Part shown: in pieces, positions 54,782 to 64,000 of the stretch
Layout of the letters: each line of letters opens with the position of its first letter
How positions within the stretch are numbered: position 1 is the first letter of the stretch
Assembly: GCA_051362555.1 (NCBI GenBank)
Contig: CM120640.1
Location: 31,019,967 to 31,083,966, forward strand
DNA from: Lingula anatina
Taxonomy: Eukaryota; Animalia; Brachiopoda
Reading direction: 5' to 3'
DNA length: 64,000 nt
Made by a program: the position numbers and the translations under genes
Notes under the pieces: generated by a model
Database searches by the model: none
Told to the model about the DNA's origin: nothing
What the model saw: the letters and a program-made list of their open reading frames with translations, nothing else

Positions 54782-57700
54782 CAAATCTTGTCCTATATTT
54801 CTGAAATCTGTACAAATGATGCTTAACAATAATAAAAATCTGTGATAAGCTGATCAGCTGTCTGTATCTAATGAAAAGTGTTTTTTGGGGCAACATATTT
54901 GGGAAAACTGAAAATTACATTGAAAAGACTGGGAATTCACAGGACTTGAAATAGTTAAATGTTAATAATTTTGTCAAATCTAGTCCAATATTTCTGAAAT
55001 TTGTACAAATGATGCTTAACAACAATAAAAATCTGTGATAAGCTGATCAATTGTTTGTATTGAATGAAAAGTGTTTTTTGGGACAACATATTTGGGAAAA
55101 ATGAAAATTAAATTGAAAAGACCAAACCAAGGCCTTAAAATAGTTAAACGTTAATAATTTTGTCAAATCTTGTCCTATATTTCTGAAATTTGTACAAATG
55201 ATGCTTAACAAAAAATAAAAATCTGTGATAAGCTGATCAGTTGTCCGTGTCTAATGAAGTGTTTTTTTGGGACAACATATTTGGGAAAACTGAAAATTAC
55301 ATAGAAAAGACTGGCAAAACCCAGACCTTAAAATAGTTAAACGTTAATAATTTTGTTAAATTTTGTGGAATATTTCTGAAATTTGTACGAATGATGCTTA
55401 ACAATAATAAAGATCTGTGATAAGCTGATCAGTTATCTGAGTCTTTTTTTTTAAGTGTCAAGTGTATGGGAAATAGATCATCAGAAGAGTGAGAATTAAA
55501 CAGAACAAATATTTCAATATTGCAATGTATTATTTACTCTGAAAGTAAACAGAAAATGTGATGATTTGAAGTTGTTTGTGTAAGAGGTTGCAAATTACCT
55601 ATAACTGTCATCTGGAAAACAATATATACCCATACAAGAGTTCTCCTTACTACCTCTGCAAGATGCAGATTACTCCTTTCTGGAAGCGGTTGTTGTTATC
55701 ACAATACTCAACAAGGCCCTAAATCTTGCCAAATATCATGTATTGTACACATGGAGAAGACACAGTGCTGCTCTTGGTGGTATCTTTCACTAACTGCTTT
55801 TTCAGCTTTTTCATGGTGAGGGTACTCTGAAACAAGAACAATATAACTGAAAGGACTGAAAATTACATTTGAAAAGAATGACAAATTCGGTGACTTAATT
55901 AAAATAGTTAAACGTTAATAATTTTGTCAAATCTTGTCCAATATTTCTGAAATTTGTACAAATGATGCTTAACAACAATAAAAATCTGTGATAAGCTGAT
56001 CAGTTGTCTGTGTCTAATGAAAAGTGTTTTTGGGGACAACATATTTGGGAAAATTGAAAATTACATTGAAAAGACTGGGAATTTGCAGGACTTGAGATAG
56101 TTAAACGTTAATAATTTTGTCCAATCTAGTCCAATATTTCTGAAATTTGTACAAATGATGCTTAACAACAATAAAAATCTGTGATAAGCTGATCAGTTGT
56201 TTGTATTGAATAAAAAGTGTTTTTTGGGACAACATATTTGGGAAAACTGAAAATTACATTGAAAAGACTGGCAAAACCCAGACCTTAAAATAGTTAAACG
56301 TTAATAATTTTGTCAAATCTTGTCCTATATTTCTGAAATCTGTACAAATGATGCTTAACAACAATAAAAATCTGTGATAAGCTGATCAGCTGTCTGTATC
56401 TAATGAAAAGTGTTTTTTGGGGCAACATATTTGGGAAAACTGAAAATTACATTGAAAAGACTGGCAAAACCCAGGCCTTAAAATAGTTAAACGTTAATAA
56501 TTTTGTTAAATTTTGTGAAATATTTCTGAAATTTGTACGAATGATGCTTAACAATAATAAAAATCTGTGATAAGCTGATCAGTTATCTGAGTCTTTTTTT
56601 TTAAGTGTCAAGTGTATGGGAAATTGATCATCAGAAGAGTGAGAATTAAACAGAACAAATATTTCAATATTGCAATGTATTATTTACTCTGAAAGTAAAC
56701 AGAAAATGTGATGATTTGAGGTTGTTTGTGTAAGAGGTTGCAAATTACCTATAACTGTCATCTGGAAAACAATATATACCCATACAAGAGTTCTCCTTAC
56801 TACCTCTGCAAGATGCAGATTACTCCTTTCTGGAAGGGGTTGTTGTTATCACAATACTCAACAAGGCCCTAAATCTTGCCAAATATCATGTATTGTACAC
56901 ATGGAGAAGACACAGTGCTGCTCTTGGTGGTATCTTTCACTGCCTGCTTTTTCAGCTTTTTCATGGTGAGGGTACTCTGAAACAAGAACAATATAACTGA
57001 AAGGACTGAAAATTACATTTAAAAAGAATGACAAATTCGGTGACTTAATTAAAATAGTTAAACGTTAATAATTTTGTCAAATCTAGTCCAATATTTCTGA
57101 AATTTGTACAAATGATGCTTAACAACAATAAAAATCCGTGATAAGCTGATCAGTTGTCTGTTTATAATGAAAAGTTTTTTTTAGGACAATATATTTGAGA
57201 AAACCAAAAATTACATTGAAAAGACTGGGAATTCACAGGACTTGAAATAGTTAAACGTTAATAATTTTGTCCAATCTAGTCCAATATTTCTGAAATTTGT
57301 ACAAATGATGCTTAACAACAATAAAAACCTGTGATAAGCTGATCAGTTGTCTGTGTCTAATGAAAAGTGTTTTTTGGGACAACATATTTGGGAAAACTGA
57401 AAATTACATTGAAAAGACTGGCAAAACCCAGACCTTAAAATAGTTAAACGTTAATAATTTTGTCAAATCTTGTCCTATATTTCTGAAATCTGTACAAATG
57501 ATGCTTAACAACAATAAAAATCTGTGATAAGCTGATCAGCTGTCTGTATCTAATGAAAAGTGTTTTTTGGGGCAACATATTTGGGAAAACTGAAAATTAC
57601 ATTGAAAAGACTGGCAAAACCCAGGCCTTAAAATAGTTAAACGTTAATAATTTTGTTAAATTTTGTGAAATATTTCTGAAATTTGTACGAATGATGCTTA

Positions 57701-58544
57701 ACAATAATAAAAATCTGTGATAAGCTGATCAGTTATCTGAGTCTTTTTTTAAGTGTCAAGTGTATGGGAAATTGATCATCAGAAGAGTGAGAATTAAACA
57801 GAACAAATATTTCAATATTGCAATGTATTTCTTACTCTGAAAGTAAACAGAAAATGTGATGATTTGAGGTTGTTTGTGTAAGAGGTTGCAAATTACCTAT
57901 AACTGTCATCTGGAAAACATATACCCATACAAGAGTTCTCCTTACTACCTCTGCAAGATGCAGATTACTCCTTTCTGGAAGAGGTTGTTGTTATCACAAT
58001 ACTCAGCAAGGCCCTAAATCTTGCCAAATATCATGTATTGTACACATGGAGAAGACACAGTGCTGCTCTTGGTGGTATCTTTCACTAACTGCTTTTTCAG
58101 CTTTTTCATGGTGAGGGTACTCTGAAACAAGAACAATATAACTGAAAGGACTGAAAATTACATTTGAAAAGAATGACAAATTCGGTGACTTAATTAAAAT
58201 AGTTAAACGTTAATAATTTTGTCAAATCTAGTCCAATATTTCTAAAATTTGTACAAATGATGCTTAACAACAATAAAAATCTGTGATAAGCTGATCAGTT
58301 GTCTGTGTCTAATGAAAAGTGTTTTTGGAGACAACATATTTGGGAAAACTGAAAATTACATTGAAAAGACTGGCAAAACCCAGACCTTAAAATAGTTAAA
58401 CGTTAATAATTTTGTCAAATCTTGTCCTATATTTCTGAAACTTGAACAAATGATGCTTAACAACAATAGAAATCTATGATAAGCTGATCAGCTGTCTGTA
58501 TTGAATGAAAAGTGTTTTTTGGGACATTATATTTGCGAAAACCA

Positions 58545-61369
58545 AAAATTACATTGAAAAGACTGGGAATTCACAGGACTTGAAATAGTTAAATGTTAAT
58601 AATTTTGTCAAATCTAGTCCAATATTTCTGAAATTTGTACAAATGATGCTTAACAACAATAAAAATCTGTGATAAGCTGATCAGTTGTTTGTATTGAATA
58701 AAAAGTGTTTTTTGGGACAACATATTTGGGAAAACTGAAAATTACATTGAAAAGACCAAACCAAGGCCTTAAAATAGTTAAACGTTAATAATTTTGTCAA
58801 ATCTTGTCCTATATTTCTGAAATTTGTACAAATGATGCTTAACAACAATAAAAATCTGTGATAAGCTGATCAGTTGTCCGTGTCTAATGAAAAGTGCTTT
58901 TTGGGACAACATATTTGGGAAAACTGAAAATTACATTGAAAAGACTGGCAAAACCCAGACCTTAAAATAGTTAAACGTTAATAATTTTGTCAAATCTTGT
59001 CCTATATTTCTGAAATGTGTACAAATGATGCTTAACAACAATAAAAATCTGTGATAAGCTGATCAGCTGTCTGTATAGAATGAAAAGTGTTTTTTGGGAC
59101 ATTATATTTGCGAAAACCAAAAATTACATTGAAAAGACTGGGAATTCACAGGACTTGAAATAGTTAAACGTTAATAATTTTGTCAAATCTAGTCCAATAT
59201 TTCTGAAATTTGTACAAATGATGCTTAACAACAATAAAAATCTGTGATAAGCTGATCAGTTGTTTGTATTGAATAAAAAGTGTTTTTTGGGACAACATAT
59301 TTGGGAAAACTGAAAATTACATTGAAAAGACCAAACCAAGGCCTTAAAATAGTTAAACGTTAATAATTTTGTCAAATCTTGTCCTATATTTCTGAAATTT
59401 GTACAAATGATGCTTAACAACAATAAAAATCTGTGATAAGCTGATCAGTTGTCTGTGTCTAATGAAAAGTGCTTTTTGGGACAACATATTTGGGAAACCT
59501 GAAAATTACATTGAAAAGACTGGAAAAACCCAGACCTTAAAATAGTTAAACGTTAATAATTTTGTCAAATCTTGTCCTATATTTCTGAAATCTGTACAAA
59601 TGATGCTTAACAACAATAAAAATCTGTGATAAGCTGATCAGCTGTCTGTATCTAATGAAAAGTGCTTTTTGGGACAACATATTTGGGAAAACTGAAAATT
59701 ACATTGAAAAGACTGGCAAAACCCAGACCTTAAAATAGTTAAACGTTAATAATTTTGTCAAATCTTGTCCTATATTTCTGAAATCTGTACAAATGATGCT
59801 TAACAACAATAAAAATCTGTGATAAGCTGATCAGCTGTCTGTATCTAATGAAAAGTGTTTTTTGGGGCAACATATTTGGGAAAACTGAAAATTACATTGA
59901 AAAGACTGGGAATTCACAGGACTTGAAATAGTTAAATGTTAATAATTTTGTCAAATCTAGTCCAATATTTCTGAAATTTGTACAAATGATGCTTAACAAC
60001 AATAAAAATCTGTGATAAGCTGATCAGTTGTTTGTATTGAATAAAAAGTGTTTTTTGGGACAACATATTTGGGAAAACTGAAAATTACATTGAAAAGACC
60101 AAACCAAGGCCTTAAAATAGTTAAACGTTAATAATTTTGTCAAATCTTGTCCTATATTTCTGAAATTTGTACAAATGATGCTTAACAACAATAAAAATCT
60201 GTGATAAGCTGATCAGTTGTCCGTGTCTAATGAAAAGTGCTTTTTGGGACAACATATTTGGGAAAACTGAAAATTACATTGAAAAGACTGGCAAAACCCA
60301 GACCTTAAAATAGTTAAACGTTAATAATTTTGTCAAATCTTGTCCTATATTTCTGAAATGTGTACAAATGATGCTTAACAACAATAAAAATCTGTGATAA
60401 GCTGATCAGCTGTCTGTATAGAATGAAAAGTGTTTTTTGGGACATTATATTTGCGAAAACCAAAAATTACATTGAAAAGACTGGGAATTCACAGGACTTG
60501 AAATAGTTAAACGTTAATAATTTTGTCAAATCTAGTCCAATATTTCTGAAATTTGTACAAATGATGCTTAACAACAATAAAAATCTGTGATAAGCTGATC
60601 AGTTGTTTGTATTGAATAAAAAGTGTTTTTTGGGACAACATATTTGGGAAAACTGAAAATTACATTGAAAAGACCAAACCAAGGCCTTAAAATAGTTAAA
60701 CGTTAATAATTTTGTCAAATCTTGTCCTATATTTCTGAAATTTGTACAAATGATGCTTAACAACAATAAAAATCTGTGATAAGCTGATCAGTTGTCTGTG
60801 TCTAATGAAAAGTGCTTTTTGGGACAACATATTTGGGAAACCTGAAAATTACATTGAAAAGACTGGCAAAACCCAGACCTTAAAATAGTTAAACGTTAAT
60901 AATTTTGTCAAATCTTGTCCTATATTTCTGAAATCTGTACAAATGATGCTTAACAACAATAAAAATCTGTGATAAGCTGATCAGCTGTCTGTATCTAATG
61001 AAAAGTGCTTTTTGGGACAACATATTTGGGAAAACTGAAAATTACATTGAAAAGACTGGCAAAACCCAGACCTTAAAATAGTTAAACGTTAATAATTTTG
61101 TCAAATCTTGTCCTATATTTCTGAAATCTGTACAAATGATGCTTAACAACAATAAAAATCTGTGATAAGCTGATCAGCTGTCTGTATCTAATGAAAAGTG
61201 TTTTTTGGGGCAACATATTTGGGAAAACTGAAAATTACATTGAAAAGACTGGGAATTCACAGGACTTGAAATAGTTAAATGTTAATAATTTTGTCAAATC
61301 TAGTCCAATATTTCTGAAATTTGTACAAATGATGCTTAACAACAATAAAAATCTGTGATAAGCTGATCA
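58545..61369 (+). repeat. Second occurrence of the doubled 1343-bp 7-mer, within segmental copy B
   Basis: The same markers (gaaatgtgtac, gggaaacctg, actggaaaaaccc) appear at offset 36421 from 22124-24948. Confidence 0.9.
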
Positions 61370-64000
61370 ATTGTTTGTATTGAATGAAAAGTGTTTTTTG
61401 GGACAACATATTTGGGAAAAATGAAAATTACATTGAAAAGACCAAACCAAGGCCTTAAAATAGTTAAACGTTAATAATTTTGTCAAATCTTGTCCTATAT
61501 TTCTGAAATTTGTACAAATGATGCTTAACAAAAAATAAAAATCTGTGATAAGCTGATCAGTTGTCCGTGTCTAATGAAGTGTTTTTTTGGGACAACATAT
61601 TTGGGAAAACTGAAAATTACATAGAAAAGACTGGCAAAACCCAGACCTTAAAATAGTTAAACGTTAATAATTTTGTTAAATTTTGTGGAATATTTCTGAA
61701 ATTTGTACGAATGATGCTTAACAATAATGAAAATCTGTGATAAGCTGATCAGTTATCTGAGTCTTTTTTTTAAGTGTCAAGTGTATGGGAAATAGATCAT
61801 CAGAAGAGTGAGAATTAAACAGAACAAATATTTCAATATTGCAATGTATTATTTACTCTGAAAGTAAACAGAAAATGTGATGATTTGAAGTTGTTTGTGT
61901 AAGAGGTTGCAAATTACCTATAACTGTCATCTGGAAAACAATATATACCCATACAAGAGTTCTCCTAACTACCTCTGCAAGATGCAGATTACTCCTTTCT
62001 GGAAGCGGTTGTTGTTATCACAATACTCAACAAGGCCCTAAATCTTGCCAAATATCATGTATTGTACACATGGAGAAGACACAGTGCTGCTCTTGGTGGT
62101 ATCTTTCACTAACTGCTTTTTCAGCTTTTTCATGGTGAGGGTACTCTGAAACAAGAACAATATAACTGAAAGGACTGAAAATTACATTTGAAAAGAATGA
62201 CAAATTCGGTGACTTAATTAAAATAGTTAAACGTTAATAATTTTTGTCAAATCTAGTCCAATATTTCTGAAATTTGTACAAATGATGCTTAACAACAATA
62301 AAATCCGTGATAAGCTGATCAGCTGTCTGTATCGAATGAAAAGTGTTTTTTGGGACATTATATTTGCGAAAACCAAAAATTACATTGAAAAGACTGGGAA
62401 TTCACAGGACTTGAAATAGTTAAATGTTAATAATTTTGTCAAATCTAGTCCAATATTTCTGAAATTTGTACAAATGATGCTTAACAACAATAAAAATCTG
62501 TGATAAGCTGATCAGTTGTTTGTATTGAATGAAAAGTGTTTTTTGGGACAACATATTTGGGAAAACTGAAAGTTACATTGAAAAGACCAAACCAAGGCCT
62601 TAAAATAGTTAAACATTAATAATTTTGTCAAATCTTGTCCTATATTTCTGAAATTTGTACAAATGATGCTTAACAATAATAAAAATCTGTGATAAGCTGA
62701 TCAGTTGTCCGTGTTTAATGAAGTGTTTTTTTGGGACAACATATTTGGGAAAACTGAAAATTACATAGAAAAGACTGGCAAAACCCAGACCTTAAAATAG
62801 TTAAACGTTAATAATTTTTTCAAATTTTGTGCAATATTTCTGAAATTTGTACAAATGATGCTTAACAATAATAAAAATCTGTGATAAGCTGATCAGTTAT
62901 CTGAGTCTTTTTTTTAAGTGTCAAGTGTATGGGAAATTGATCATCAGAAGAGTGAGAATTAAACAAAACAAATATTTCAATATTGCAATGTATTATTTAC
63001 TCTGAAAGTAAACAGCAAATGTGATGATTTGAGGTTGTTTGTGTAAAATAGGCCTTTAAATAGTTAAACATTAATAATTTAATAATAATGTGTGTAAGAG
63101 GTTGCAAATTACCTATAACTGTCATCTGGAAAACAATATATACCCATACAATTGTTCTCCTTATTACCTCTGCAAGATGCAGATTACTCCTTTCTGGAAG
63201 GGGTTGTTGTTATCACAATACTCAACAAGGCCCTAAATCTTGCCAAATATCATGTATTGTACACATGGAGAAGACACAGTGCTGCTCTTGGTGGTATCTT
63301 TCACTAACTGATTTTTCAGCTTTTTCATGGTGAGGGTACTCTGAAACAAGAACAATATAACTGAAAGGACTGAAAATTACATTTGAAAAGAATGACAAAT
63401 TCGGTGACTTAATTAAAATAGTTAAACGTTAATAATTTTGTCAAATCTAGTCCAATATTTCTAAAATTTGTACAAATGATGCTTAACAACAATAAAAATC
63501 TGTGATAAGCTGATCAGTTGTTTGTATTGAACAAAAAGTGTTTTTTGGGACAACATATTTGGGAAAACTGAAAATTACATTGAAAAGACCAAACCAAGGC
63601 CTTAAAATAGTTAAACGTTAATAATTTTGTCAAATCTTGTCCTATATTTCTGAAATCTGTACAAATGATGCTTAACAACAATAAAAATCTGTGATAAGCT
63701 GATCAGCTGTCTGTATCTAATGAAAAGTGTTTTTTGGGGCAACATATTTGGGAAAACTGAAAATTACATTGAAAAGACTGGGAATTCACAGGACTTGAAA
63801 TAGTTAAATGTTAATAATTTTGTCAAATCTAGTCCAATATTTCTGAAATTTGTACAAATGATGCTTAACAACAATAAAAATCTGTGATAAGCTGATCAAT
63901 TGTTTGTATTGAATGAAAAGTGTTTTTTGGGACAACATATTTGGGAAAAATGAAAATTACATTGAAAAGACCAAACCAAGGCCTTAAAATAGTTAAACGT

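Larger units (their letters stand above)
27192..61708 (+). repeat. Large segmental repeat, copy B, lengthened by one extra composite unit and an internal 8660-bp tandem duplication
   Basis: The offset to copy A steps from 27190-27191 to 27762 (+572) and then to 36421-36422 (+8660). Collinearity ends at 25288/61709. Confidence 0.93.
1..64000 (+). repeat. Complex satellite DNA array: 193/189-bp monomers interspersed with 40 copies of a ~570/620-bp composite unit; runs off both window ends
   Basis: Motifs aaatagttaaacgttaataattttg, atttgtacaaatgatgcttaacaa, gataagctgatcag and ctgaaaattacattgaaaagac recur in the same orientation from base 1 to 64000. No inversion or unique sequence was seen. Confidence 0.99.

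Noticed and set aside
63088-63333. 81-aa ORF as a real CDS
   Set aside because: The ATG exists in 1 of 40 copies via a single substitution, and no homology was recognised. Kept only as a finding about the open frame.
1-64000. CRISPR-like repeat-spacer interpretation
   Set aside because: Units are 190-620 bp, the intervening segments are near-identical rather than unique spacers, and no cas genes are present.
1-64000. Assignment to a named satellite family, organism, or CENP-B-box centromere
   Set aside because: No TTCG....A..CGGG CENP-B box was seen and I do not recognise the monomer. Monomer length alone does not establish centromeric function.

Overview
The whole 64 kb is one head-to-tail, single-orientation, AT-rich satellite array of eukaryotic type. 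I found no convincing gene, RNA gene, CRISPR array or intact mobile element. The basic monomer is 193 bp, with a 189-bp subtype. It is interleaved with 40 copies of a ~570-bp composite unit: half a monomer, a poly-T run, ~400 bp of non-satellite core, and a diverged monomer tail. Ten of these units carry an extra 51-bp insertion templated from the satellite itself. Diagnostic variants reveal nested duplications: a 1343-bp 7-mer, ~9.2-10.4 kb, an apparently perfect 8660-bp tandem, and a ~27.2-27.8 kb block. The core has exon-like splice signals on both strands and an ~84-codon stop-free frame, so it may be a captured gene fragment co-amplified with the satellite; this is unproven. All counts and offsets were read by eye. 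The organism and any centromeric role cannot be determined from the sequence alone.
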